From a bacterium UBP13_UBA5359 (GTDB lineage Bacteria > UBP13 > UBA5359), in the NCBI GenBank assembly GCA_002410925.1, contig DHPR01000012.1, positions 270,643-334,642 on the forward strand: a DNA stretch of 64,000 nt, read 5' to 3'. Shown here in pieces: positions 21,911 to 31,230 of the stretch (position 1 is the first letter of the stretch; every line of letters starts with the position of its first letter). The notes beneath the pieces were generated by a model. It saw only the letters and a list, made by a program, of their open reading frames with translations. It was not told the DNA's origin and made no database searches. The translations under genes were made by a program, and so were the position numbers.

Positions 21911-22498
21911 TTAGCTGCTTTCAATATCTCTATAAGATGGAGATGTTTTTCTGCAAATCACACACATCTCTTCTTTTCCGGCGTGTAACGCTCCACAACA
22001 GTTACATTTTACCCAGCCATGATCACGTCTTATCCTTTGGCGACAAAGTTCATGCTCTAGAAATCTGCCGAATGATTCGGCCACCAATCTATCTTCTATA
22101 ACGGCACTTATTTCCTGTGCCGTTTGCCTTTCTTTCTCCTCCGGATCCGAATATTTTATGGGCGGAGAATTCTCACTCTCCTTATAAAGAGCTCCCGCTC
22201 TAAACCGTATATCTGTGATCAGAGCAAAGCCTATTCTCTCATTAAGGCGCTTTCTTATTTCCTCTTTTTGCAGGGATAATTCCTGCGCCCAGGTAGATCC
22301 GTTTGTGTTTACCGTCATTATACCTGAAATGACCCTTTGTGGCGAAGTATTTCTGCTTACTCCTTTGCCTACAACTTCCTCCCAGACAAATAAAATCAAT
22401 TCCTCTCTCAATCTTCGCTTATCCTTAAGATTTCCCAAAAGACGAGAGATGACTTTTTCAACGGATATAAATCCGCTTCTACTCATTTGTTCCCTCAA
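21911..22498 (-). CDS. DUF721/DciA-like protein with C-terminal Zn ribbon
   Basis: WEEVVG...TWAQEL...RLN KH-like signature; position after recF; CNCC...CVIC tail. Confidence 0.8.
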   Translation of the reverse strand: MREQMSRSGFISVEKVISRLLGNLKDKRRLREELILFVWEEVVGKGVSRNTSPQRVISGIMTVNTNGSTWAQELSLQKEEIRKRLNERIGFALITDIRFRAGALYKESENSPPIKYSDPEEKERQTAQEISAVIEDRLVAESFGRFLEHELCRQRIRRDHGWVKCNCCGALHAGKEEMCVICRKTSPSYRDIESS

Positions 22499-23619
22499 GC
22501 AACATTAAAGATATTTCCCTCTTCCACTCTGTAAATTGCCGCTGTTGTTGATGCTATAAAAGGAATAAATTTTTCCTCTGCCGTAGTTATAAATGTCTGT
22601 ATTCCCTCTTTTGATATCTCTCTTATAAGATATTCTTTTCTCTGATCATCCAATTCGGATAAAACATCATCAAGCAAGAGAACCGGCCATTCTCTCACCT
22701 TTCTTTTCACCATATCCATAGCCGCTAATTTGAAGGCGAGCACTGCTGTACGCTGTTCTCCCTGTGACCCATATATATGGACATCTCTATTTCCTAAAAA
22801 TATTCTTACATCATCTCTATGCGGCCCTACTAACGTTGTTTTGTAAATATCCTCTCTCTTTGCCTCCTGTCTGATCAAATCACCGTAGGCAAGAGATATA
22901 TCCGTTTCACTCAATTCTTCATCCTTACCCACTCTTTCCAATACCCTGTTAACATACGTTATCCTAAATCTGTCATCCCGTTCCGTCAAGAGGCGATGCC
23001 TTTCTGCTGCTAGAATGGATATCTCTTCAAGATATTGCTTGCGTCTTTTTATAATCCGGCTGCCCAAAGTTACCAATTGCTCGCCCCAGACATCCGTTTC
23101 TTCAGAGAAGGCCCCTTTTCTTTTAATCAATATGTTTCTGTTTCTGAGAATCCTGTTATACTGCTGCAGATGATGGCAATGCACTCTGCTTATTTGAGAT
23201 ATCTCTCTGTTTAAAACTATCCTCCTTTCCCCCGGTCCTCCCTTTATCATCTTAAGGTCCTCAGGAATGAAACAGACAGCATTTATCTCTCCTATAAGAT
23301 CAATACACCTTCCTTTATTAGCATTGATTTTAACGTCCTTGCTTTTATCTCTGGCTACAGCTAAAGAAATCTCTATATCACCACGCTCTTCCCTATCTAA
23401 CACAGCTTCCAAAAAAGCGCAGGCTTCCCCTCTTCTTATCATTTCCTGATCTCTCGCCGTTCTGGGAGATTTTGTCGCCGCCGTTACGTATATCGCTTCC
23501 AACAAGTTGCTCTTTCCCTGACCGTTTTTACCGAAAAGAACATTAAGTCCATAGGACGGAGCAAAATCCAGGCGCTGATAGTTTCTGAAATTTACAAGCC
23601 TTATACTCTTCAGATACAA
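22495..23619 (-). CDS. recF: DNA replication/repair protein RecF
   Basis: NFRNY, GKNGQGKSN, GPHRDD, GSQGEQR, LLLDDVLSELD. Confidence 0.97.
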   Translation of the reverse strand: MYLKSIRLVNFRNYQRLDFAPSYGLNVLFGKNGQGKSNLLEAIYVTAATKSPRTARDQEMIRRGEACAFLEAVLDREERGDIEISLAVARDKSKDVKINANKGRCIDLIGEINAVCFIPEDLKMIKGGPGERRIVLNREISQISRVHCHHLQQYNRILRNRNILIKRKGAFSEETDVWGEQLVTLGSRIIKRRKQYLEEISILAAERHRLLTERDDRFRITYVNRVLERVGKDEELSETDISLAYGDLIRQEAKREDIYKTTLVGPHRDDVRIFLGNRDVHIYGSQGEQRTAVLAFKLAAMDMVKRKVREWPVLLLDDVLSELDDQRKEYLIREISKEGIQTFITTAEEKFIPFIASTTAAIYRVEEGNIFNVA

Positions 23620-23623
23620 TATT

Positions 23624-24730
23624 TCATCCTATCTTTACCGGCATAACTACATATGTATACTCTTCTTCTCCCATGGGTCTTATAATAGCCGGACTTAACG
23701 AAGTTCCGCTTTTTATTTGCAACATCTCTTCATCAAGATTACCGAGAATATCCAGCAGGTATTTGGCATTAAAAGCTATATCCTCATCTTCACCGTTATA
23801 CTGCGCACTTATCTCCTCATAAACATCGCCAACATCCTGTGTTCCCGCCGTAACGGCTATTCTTTCTGCCGAAAAACTCATTTTTACTACATGAGAGCCT
23901 TCTTTAGCAAGAATATGCGCCCCCTTGACAGCTTTGCTTATCTCTTCTCTGGAAACAATACTTTCATAAGGAAGATTGGCGGGTATGACCTGCCTGTAAT
24001 TAGGATATTTACCCTCTATAATTCTGGAAACCAAGACTATTTTATTATAAATAAAGGCAACCTGATTGGAGAGAACTCTTATCATAACCTCTCCTTCCCC
24101 TGAAGAAAGAAGGCGGCTTAGCTCATTAAGCGTTCTTCCCGGAATAATCAGGGAAGTCTCTTCTTGAGAAGGTTCGGATAAAGAGAGGTTGCGTAACGCC
24201 AGTCTATGTCCGTCGGTAGCTACAAGCTTGAGATTGCTTCCTTCTACCTCCAGCAAAACGCCGGTCAGTATGCGCCTGCTCTCATCCTGAGAGGAAGCAA
24301 ATATAACCTGCCTGATGGCCTGTTGCAGTATATCTGCGGAAACGGCGCATATATTCCCTTTTTCAAACTCGGGGAAAAGGGGATATTCCGAAGCGGGAAG
24401 TGTCCTTATGCTATATTTTGATCTTCCTTGCTTTATCAGAAGCTCATGTTCTTTTTCCTGATAAAGATCTATCTCTTTGCCGGGAAGGTTGGAGATTATA
24501 TCATAAAGAAGTTTAGCCGGCACAGAAAGACTCCCGCTATCTTCTACCTGTGCTTCTACAGAGGTCTTTAATCCTATCTCCAAATCCGTTCCGGTAAAAG
24601 AAAGACGACCTTCCTCAAATTCTATCAGCGTATTTCCTAAAATGGGCTGTGTGCTTCTGTTAGATACTGCCCTCATTACGGATTGTAATGCAGCTGCTAG
24701 ACAGCTCTTCTCCACTTTACTTTTCAACAC
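23624..24730 (-). CDS. dnaN: DNA polymerase III beta clamp
   Basis: GTDLE, VATDGHRL, GKYPNY, FNAKYL, VVMPV. Confidence 0.97.
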   Translation of the reverse strand: MLKSKVEKSCLAAALQSVMRAVSNRSTQPILGNTLIEFEEGRLSFTGTDLEIGLKTSVEAQVEDSGSLSVPAKLLYDIISNLPGKEIDLYQEKEHELLIKQGRSKYSIRTLPASEYPLFPEFEKGNICAVSADILQQAIRQVIFASSQDESRRILTGVLLEVEGSNLKLVATDGHRLALRNLSLSEPSQEETSLIIPGRTLNELSRLLSSGEGEVMIRVLSNQVAFIYNKIVLVSRIIEGKYPNYRQVIPANLPYESIVSREEISKAVKGAHILAKEGSHVVKMSFSAERIAVTAGTQDVGDVYEEISAQYNGEDEDIAFNAKYLLDILGNLDEEMLQIKSGTSLSPAIIRPMGEEEYTYVVMPVKIG

Positions 24731-24984
24731 TTTACCTCCCCCTACGTAGTACTAGTTTAATAATATACTTTATTAGTAGTAATAGTAGTAGTTACCTTGA
24801 TATTGTTGATATGCTTTCTCTGCGGGCTTGTCACGCTTCTTTCAGCTGTGGGCGTTTTGTTGAAAACACCGTTGATGGATTATGCCTTTATGCTTCTTCG
24901 TCCACAGCTTTTTAGAAGGCCTCTATTATCCCAGCATTACTCACATATTTATCCACAGCCCGGGCTATGAGAAAATTGATATTT
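24731..24984. other. oriC (dnaA-dnaN intergenic unwinding region)
   Basis: Perfect DnaA box TTATCCACA 24949-24957; degenerate boxes 24937-24945, 24898-24906, 24858-24866, 24804-24812; DnaA-trios TAG TAG TAA TAG TAG TAG 24774-24791; AT-rich tract toward dnaN. Confidence 0.9.
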
Positions 24985-26349
24985 TTAATTTCTCATTCTT
25001 TCGGCCAATGCTTTCAATACTTTATTCAGATTCTCGTCAACCAGGCTTAATCTCTTTATTTGGTTGCAGGCATGTATTACGGTAGAATGATCCTTCCCTC
25101 CAAACTGATTACCTATATCCGGCAAGGAAGCTTCCGTCATCTCTCGACATAAGAACATAGCTATCTGCCTTGGAAAGACAATAGCGCGGGTTCTTTTGGA
25201 GGATTTCATATCTGCTATCTTTATATTGAAATGGTCTGCTACAGCCTTTTGTATATTCTGTATGGTCACCTCTTTCGGTCTGTTTTTAGGAAGGATATCT
25301 TTAAGCACTTCAGCTGCTCTTTCTATCGTGATCGGAGTATTGGTTAACGAAGAAAAGGCAGTTATTCTTATAAGTGCACCTTCCAGTTCTCGAATATTAT
25401 TGGAGATGTTGGTAGCTATAAACTCGATAACGGCATCAGGAATATCCAAATTATCCTTGTTTGCCTTTTTTTGCAAAATAGCTATTCTCGTTTCAAGATC
25501 CGGTGGCTGAATATCTATTGTTAATCCCCATTTAAGTCTTGACCGCAATCGTTCATCTGTAAGATGTAGTTCACTTGGAGGACGATCGCTGGTTATAACT
25601 ATCTGTTTGTTTGTTTCATGAAGGGTATTAAAAGTATGGAAGAATTCCTCCTGTGTTCTATCTTTGCCGGCAATGAATTGAATATCATCGACCAACCATA
25701 TATCCACATTTCTATATCTGCTTCTAAACTCTGTCGTTCGTTCCTCTCGGATGGAGGTGATGACATCGTTGGTAAACTTCTCTGCAGAAACATATATCAC
25801 ATGAGAATCATTTTTATCATTATTAATATAATTCCCTATGGCGTGCATAAGATGTGTCTTTCCCAGACCTACTCCTCCGTAAATAAAGAGAGGGTTATAC
25901 ATAGTTGCCGGAGATTTGGCTACTGCCAGCGAGGCTGCCTGGGCAAAGCGATTGCTAGTGCCGACAACAAAAGTATCGAAGTTATATTTAGGATTAATGG
26001 GAATAAATGAAAAATCATCTCTCTCCATGCTTTCAGATGCTCTTCGCGAGCCCTTTTTTTTGGCTCTTTCTGCTACCGTCGGTAGCTCCTCCTCTTCTGT
26101 GACGACGAATTTTAATTTAACATCACTATTGCAAATAGCTTTAAGAGTATCTTCAATCGATCGTGAAGATCTCTTCTCTATCCAGTCTTTAGCAAAATCG
26201 CTGGATACTCCCACAGTAAAAATATCATCCTTAAAGGAGATAGGAGAAATAGTTTTAAGCCAGGTTTCGAACCCTGCCTTGCTTGTTTTTGTTTTAAGCA
26301 GAATAAGGGCTTTATTCCAAATCTCCGTATGAGGGGCATTCTTAGGCAT
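24985..26349 (-). CDS. dnaA: Chromosomal replication initiator DnaA
   Basis: YNPLFIYGGVGLGKTHL, DDIQF, QEEFFHTFN, RELEGA, GGKDHSTV. Confidence 0.99.
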   Translation of the reverse strand: MPKNAPHTEIWNKALILLKTKTSKAGFETWLKTISPISFKDDIFTVGVSSDFAKDWIEKRSSRSIEDTLKAICNSDVKLKFVVTEEEELPTVAERAKKKGSRRASESMERDDFSFIPINPKYNFDTFVVGTSNRFAQAASLAVAKSPATMYNPLFIYGGVGLGKTHLMHAIGNYINNDKNDSHVIYVSAEKFTNDVITSIREERTTEFRSRYRNVDIWLVDDIQFIAGKDRTQEEFFHTFNTLHETNKQIVITSDRPPSELHLTDERLRSRLKWGLTIDIQPPDLETRIAILQKKANKDNLDIPDAVIEFIATNISNNIRELEGALIRITAFSSLTNTPITIERAAEVLKDILPKNRPKEVTIQNIQKAVADHFNIKIADMKSSKRTRAIVFPRQIAMFLCREMTEASLPDIGNQFGGKDHSTVIHACNQIKRLSLVDENLNKVLKALAERMRN

Positions 26350-26388
26350 AGTCTAATAAAACCTCCAGTAATAATTAGGTATAAATAA

Positions 26389-27204
26389 TTATTTCAAAAT
26401 GAGATCAATCTGCATCAAACCCTCCTCTGTTAGAGATCTCTTACCATTCTCATCACAACGCAAAAGATCTATTTTCTCCAAATAAGCCATATCTCTATGC
26501 GCCGTGCTAAGGCTTATATTGAGTTCCTTAGCTACGATGCTCGGGCCTGCAAGACTCAATTCCATAATCAAGAGAAGCACTCTTTTTTGGCGATCTGTAA
26601 GTGAAGGCAACGGTTTTCTTTTTTTTCTGCTCTCTTCTTTTTGCTCTCCACCGGTATCCCGGGGAGAAGCAGCTCCTAAAGATAGAGTTATAACGGTTCC
26701 TTGAGACAGATTATCCTCTATAGTTATGGCACCGCCTATGTAGCTCAGAGCCTCTTTAACAATGGGCAATCCTGAGCCAACACCTTTTATATACTCCTTA
26801 ATCTGGGCATTTGCTGTGGAAAAACCTGGTAGAAAGGCTTTTTCCTTGTTCTTTATTCCTGGGCCTCGGTCAGAGATTCTAATCGTATTACCGTCATCCA
26901 AGACCGTTATAATGGCATCTCGAAAATAAGCATGTATAAGGTTTTCCACTAACTCTTTAATTATAATATAAGGAAGTTTTCCTCCCTTGCTCTGAGAGGC
27001 TTCATAAGTCTTTGTCGCTAGTAAATGTATAAATTCCAGGCAGTTGCTACTGCTAAGCTCTATTACACGTGGCGAGGTTGTAGGAGAATCATATACTGCC
27101 AGGCGAACGCTAGATTCCTTTTCCAGTAAAGGTTGGGCATTTTTATAAAAGGGATGGGAAAGGTTTCCCTCCTTTGCCATAACTTTTCGAGGATACTTCC
27201 GCAT
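26389..27204 (-). CDS. GHKL (HATPase_c) ATPase fused to a C-terminal winged HTH; function unknown
   Basis: N box ELVENLIHA, G1 DRGPGI, F box FLPGFST, G2 GVGSGL, GTVITL; wHTH LTDRQ...VAKELNISLSTAHRDMAYLE; no HisKA segment visible; start could be 27180. Confidence 0.85.
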   Translation of the reverse strand: MRKYPRKVMAKEGNLSHPFYKNAQPLLEKESSVRLAVYDSPTTSPRVIELSSSNCLEFIHLLATKTYEASQSKGGKLPYIIIKELVENLIHAYFRDAIITVLDDGNTIRISDRGPGIKNKEKAFLPGFSTANAQIKEYIKGVGSGLPIVKEALSYIGGAITIEDNLSQGTVITLSLGAASPRDTGGEQKEESRKKRKPLPSLTDRQKRVLLLIMELSLAGPSIVAKELNISLSTAHRDMAYLEKIDLLRCDENGKRSLTEEGLMQIDLILK

Positions 27205-27334
27205 TTTTCAACACCGCATAATACTTTATCTCAACAATAATACATATTCTATGAACAGAAGCGGAATCCTGCCTTTCCAACTTTCTTTCAGGCTTTCCAG
27301 AAGGCATACCAATCAACGAAATATACCGGAAAGC

Positions 27335-27528
27335 TGTGGACAAAAAGAGAGGCAGGAATAGAGGGGAAAGGCTCGGTCTTAAAATATTTTCACCCGGCAA
27401 AGCCCCTTCCTGCGCAGCATAAAGGCCGCTTGTTCTGCTGGTAAGGCAAAGTCAATAGGATCTTTTCCACAAAACTATCCACAGATGTTGATAACTTTTG
27501 ATTGTTTGATAATGATAACAGAGGATAA
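27335..27528. promoter_or_regulatory. Second DnaA-box cluster
   Basis: One-mismatch boxes TGTGGACAA 27335-27343, TTTTCCACA 27463-27471, CTATCCACA 27475-27483, TGTTGATAA 27486-27494; weaker AGAGGATAA 27520-27528. Confidence 0.8.
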
Positions 27529-27646
27529 GCCCTTTTTCAATTAGCAATGATTATCATCAAATATCATCATTGGTAGTTTTGTTTGCTTGCTGTGGCATAG
27601 TGCCTGTGATATAATCCACCTATAATTTTGTAAGGATGAAAAAGAG

Positions 27647-27781
27647 ATGAAAAGGACTTATCAGCCAAAGGTAAGAAGAAGAAAAAGAGTTCACGGCTTT
27701 CTTTCCAGGATGAGCACTCCCGGAGGAAGGGGAGTTATCAGAGCCCGAAGAGCCAAAGGCAGAAAGGTTCTGTCCGCCTAG
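27647..27781 (+). CDS. rpmH: 50S ribosomal protein L34
   Basis: Translated by hand (absent from the ORF track): [44 protein letters not shown], 44 aa. Confidence 0.98.
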   Translation: MKRTYQPKVRRRKRVHGFLSRMSTPGGRGVIRARRAKGRKVLSA

Positions 27782-27792
27782 GACAAGCTTTC

Positions 27793-28137
27793 GTGCGCAG
27801 AGAGAGTCTGAAAAAAAGGCAGGAGTTTACCGATCTCTATCAACGTGGATACAGGTATTCCAATGCCTTGTTGGTTCTCAGAGTCATCCATACCGAAGAG
27901 GATAAACAAGGGTTAGGATTGGCTGTCAGTAAAAAGATAGGAAACGCCGTTACCAGAAACAGGGTTAAGAGATTGCTGAGAGAAGCGGTTCGGCAAGAAG
28001 CGAAAGAAGTGGTTTCAGGAGTAAATATTCTTCTGATCGCCCGAAAGGGTATTGAAAAGGCAACCTGCCAGAGTGTCGAAGCAGCCGTAAAGGAGCTTTT
28101 CGAGCGTGCGCATCTGTATAAAGCTGATGTTGACTAA
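27793..28137 (+). CDS. rnpA: Ribonuclease P protein component
   Basis: VSKKIGNAVTRNRVKRLLRE; follows rpmH. Confidence 0.96.
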   Translation: MRRESLKKRQEFTDLYQRGYRYSNALLVLRVIHTEEDKQGLGLAVSKKIGNAVTRNRVKRLLREAVRQEAKEVVSGVNILLIARKGIEKATCQSVEAAVKELFERAHLYKADVD

Positions 28138-28339
28138 AATAGCTCTGGCGATGATACGGTTATATCAGCGCTTTTTATCTCCTGTTTTTTCTTCGGCCTG
28201 CCGTTTTAGTCCTAGCTGCTCCAATTATGCTTATCAGGCAATAGATAAATATGGATTAGCAAAGGGACTTTTTTTAACTGCCAGGCGTCTTTTAAGATGC
28301 CATCCCTTCAATCCTGGAGGAGAGGATCCCGTTCCTTAA
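28127..28339 (+). CDS. yidD: Membrane protein insertion efficiency factor
   Basis: YQRFLSP, CRFSPSCSNY, RLLRCHPFNPGG.DPVP. Confidence 0.95.
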   Translation: MLTKIALAMIRLYQRFLSPVFSSACRFSPSCSNYAYQAIDKYGLAKGLFLTARRLLRCHPFNPGGEDPVP

Positions 28340-28372
28340 ATTACGCCGCTAAATGGAGGATTGTATAGCAGA

Positions 28373-29020
28373 ATGTGGAGTTTTTTAGTTAATGTTATGA
28401 GGGATGTTCTGTCCCATTTTTATCAATGGACGGGCAATTATGGTGTAGCCGTCATTCTACTTACGGTAGCAGTGAAAGCGGTGCTGTATCCTCTCACTCA
28501 CCAACAATTCAAATCTATGAGAGATATGCAGAAGCTTCAGCCGTTGATGAAAGAATTACAGGATAAATACAAGGACAAGCCGGAGGAGCTTCAGAGAAGG
28601 ATGCTGAATCTCTATAAGGAGAATAAAGTAAATCCACTGGGCGGATGTTTGCCATTGCTAATTCAGATGCCTATTCTTTTCATGCTTTATTCCGCGGTGC
28701 TCTCTTTTAAAACGGCCTTTGCCACAGAGGGTTTTCTTTGGATAAACAATCTTGCTCTTCCTGATATTCCGTTGCTTCTGCTTTATGCCATTAGCCTTTA
28801 CCTGTCATCAAAAATGACGGTTACGGATCCGTCACAGGCACAAACGCAGAATACGATGGCAGTGATGATGCCCTTTGTTTTTACCTTTATGGCCTGGATA
28901 TATAAGTGGCCGGCGGCATTTATACTTTATTGGTTGGTTTTCAATATTTTGAGCACGGTACAACAGTATTTCATCATGCGTGCACCGGATAAGGAGAAGC
29001 AACAGAAGATAGGTTCATGA
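28373..29020 (+). CDS. yidC: Membrane protein insertase YidC/Oxa1 (short form)
   Basis: LYPL, NPLGGCLPLLIQMP, LYW...LS..QQ; synteny. Confidence 0.95.
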   Translation: MWSFLVNVMRDVLSHFYQWTGNYGVAVILLTVAVKAVLYPLTHQQFKSMRDMQKLQPLMKELQDKYKDKPEELQRRMLNLYKENKVNPLGGCLPLLIQMPILFMLYSAVLSFKTAFATEGFLWINNLALPDIPLLLLYAISLYLSSKMTVTDPSQAQTQNTMAVMMPFVFTFMAWIYKWPAAFILYWLVFNILSTVQQYFIMRAPDKEKQQKIGS

Positions 29021-29042
29021 ATCCAAAAAGGAGGAGACTGCA

Positions 29043-29690
29043 ATGGGAAGTATAGAACAGACAGGAAAGACCGTAGAGGAAGCTATACAAGCGGCATTGA
29101 AGGCTCTGGGCGTAAGCAGAGAGGATATTACGGTTGAGGTCTTGGATGAACCTGTAAAAGGAATGTTCGGGCTTGGAACCAAAGAGGCCCGGATAAGAGT
29201 ATCAACTAAGGATGATAAAGGAGAAGCCTTTGGCGGAGCCGATAGTGAAGATCAGCAAAAAGCAAAGGACTCTTTTATACAAGTTATTTCTCGTATGGGA
29301 TTGGCTGCAGAAGTAGAATCCTGGGAGGAAGACGGATATATACATATAAATGCAGAAGGCCCGGACATGGGCATAATAATCGGTCGGCAGGGACAGACTC
29401 TGGATGCCCTTCAATTTATTCTCAATCTTATTCTGAACAAGAACCGCGAGGAGCGGATAAGAGTTATACTGGATGCCGAATTTTATCGCGAGAGAAGGAA
29501 GAAACTTCTGGCAAATATGGCGGAAAAGATGGCCGCAAGAGCCATGGAAACCGGGCAGGAGGTAGTCTTGTCGGCAATGACTCCTTTTGAGCGCCGAGTG
29601 ATACATACCACCCTTCAGGGGAATGAGAATGTCGTAACTTTCAGCGAAGGAGAAGACCCTTACAGACGAGTGATCGTACGCCCAAGATAA
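29043..29690 (+). CDS. jag: RNA-binding protein Jag/KhpB
   Basis: GKTVEEA, KH motif IIGRQGQTL, R3H motif ERRVIH. Confidence 0.95.
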   Translation: MGSIEQTGKTVEEAIQAALKALGVSREDITVEVLDEPVKGMFGLGTKEARIRVSTKDDKGEAFGGADSEDQQKAKDSFIQVISRMGLAAEVESWEEDGYIHINAEGPDMGIIIGRQGQTLDALQFILNLILNKNREERIRVILDAEFYRERRKKLLANMAEKMAARAMETGQEVVLSAMTPFERRVIHTTLQGNENVVTFSEGEDPYRRVIVRPR

Positions 29691-29771
29691 TTCCTGCAAG
29701 CGCCTACTATGCGTAAAAAGATATATACGCTCTTCGAAGAGCTGTCACTTCTGAATTTGGGTATATGATAT

Positions 29772-29803
29772 AATAGCCGGGGAGGTCTTCCCCGGCTATT
29801 TTT
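29772..29803 (+). terminator. Intrinsic terminator after jag
   Basis: 12-bp stem AATAGCCGGGGA/TCCCCGGCTATT followed by a T run. Confidence 0.7.
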
Positions 29804-29842
29804 AAGAGGGAAAAAGCGTATACGGTTTTCCGAAAAGAGGTT

Positions 29843-31228
29843 ATGAATATGGAAAGAGATACCATTGTCGCCGTTTCTACTCCTCCTGGAGAGGGCGCTC
29901 TTGCCATTATCAGGATAAGCGGACAGGGTGCCGTCGAAATAGCCCGGAGCCTCTTCAGAACCGGCAGCGCCGGTATTGTGGAGACTTTTGAAAGCCATAG
30001 AGTTTACTACGGATTTATTCTCGATTTGAAAGACGGCAAGAAGATAGATGAGGTGCTTTTAACGGTCTTGCTGGCGCCACGATCTTATACGCGCGAGGAT
30101 ACGATAGAGATTAGCGCCCACGGCGGGATGCAGCCGGTAAGAGAGATCTTGCGGCAGACGCTCTCCGCCGGTGCCAGATTGGCGGAGCCGGGCGAATTTA
30201 CCAAACGGGCATTTCTTAACGGTCGCCTGGATTTGGCGCAGGCCGAAGCAGTTATGAGCGTCATTAGATCTCGCACAGAGGCCGGATTGAAGAGCGCGGT
30301 CAGCCAGCTCAGAGGGTTTTTGTCACGCAATATTGAGGAGCTGCGCCGGGAGATCATCGGGCTGCTGGCGCTTATGGAAGCAGAGATAGACTTTCCTGAG
30401 GATGTTGAGCTTTCAGCTGTTTATGATGAATCTTTGAAGAAGATTCAAGGGCTTATTAGAAAATTGGATGATCTTATCGCTTCGGCTGATAAAGGGCGCA
30501 TTTTACAGGAAGGAGCTTCTCTGGCTATTGTGGGTAAACCCAATGTTGGAAAATCGAGCCTGTTGAACAGACTTTTACGAGAAGCACGGGCTATTGTTAC
30601 AGAGATACCGGGAACAACCAGGGATGTTTTGGAAGCCATGGTCAACATCGGCGGAGTGCCGGTAAGGGCCTTTGATACAGCTGGAATACGAGCTACGACA
30701 GATAGGGTGGAGCGCATCGGTGTAGAGAGAGCCAGAGAGGTTATCTTGCAGGCCGATATTCTATTGTTGGTTTTGGACGGGTCTCAACCGCTTACCGAGG
30801 AAGATTCCGTTTTGGCCGCCGAATGTGCACAAAAAAGAAGCATTTTGGTGATCAACAAGAGAGATTTACCGCAGGCTATCAATAAAGAGGCGCTGACAGA
30901 AATGGCGCCCGGAAGCTCTCTGCTGCATATCTCATCTCTCACAGGTGAAGGCATGCCGGCATTGGAGGCCGAGATTGCCTCCATGCTTTTAGGCGGCGAA
31001 ATAGTCTTGGAACACATAACCGTAGCTAATATACGTCAAGTTGAAGCGCTGGTTAGAGCTACGGAGGCACTGCGGACAGGAAGAGAGGCCATACTCTGCG
31101 GGCAACCGGCAGAGATCACGGCGGTGGATCTGCATGACGCTGCCGATGCACTGGGTGAAATTACGGGGGAAACTACCACCGATGATGTAGTAGATAGAAT
31201 ATTCTCCGATTTTTGCGTAGGGAAGTAA
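29843..31228 (+). CDS. mnmE: tRNA modification GTPase MnmE
   Basis: GEFTKRAFLNG, GKPNVGKSS, GTTRD, DTAG, NKRD, FCVGK. Confidence 0.98.
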   Translation: MNMERDTIVAVSTPPGEGALAIIRISGQGAVEIARSLFRTGSAGIVETFESHRVYYGFILDLKDGKKIDEVLLTVLLAPRSYTREDTIEISAHGGMQPVREILRQTLSAGARLAEPGEFTKRAFLNGRLDLAQAEAVMSVIRSRTEAGLKSAVSQLRGFLSRNIEELRREIIGLLALMEAEIDFPEDVELSAVYDESLKKIQGLIRKLDDLIASADKGRILQEGASLAIVGKPNVGKSSLLNRLLREARAIVTEIPGTTRDVLEAMVNIGGVPVRAFDTAGIRATTDRVERIGVERAREVILQADILLLVLDGSQPLTEEDSVLAAECAQKRSILVINKRDLPQAINKEALTEMAPGSSLLHISSLTGEGMPALEAEIASMLLGGEIVLEHITVANIRQVEALVRATEALRTGREAILCGQPAEITAVDLHDAADALGEITGETTTDDVVDRIFSDFCVGK

Positions 31229-31230
31229 TT

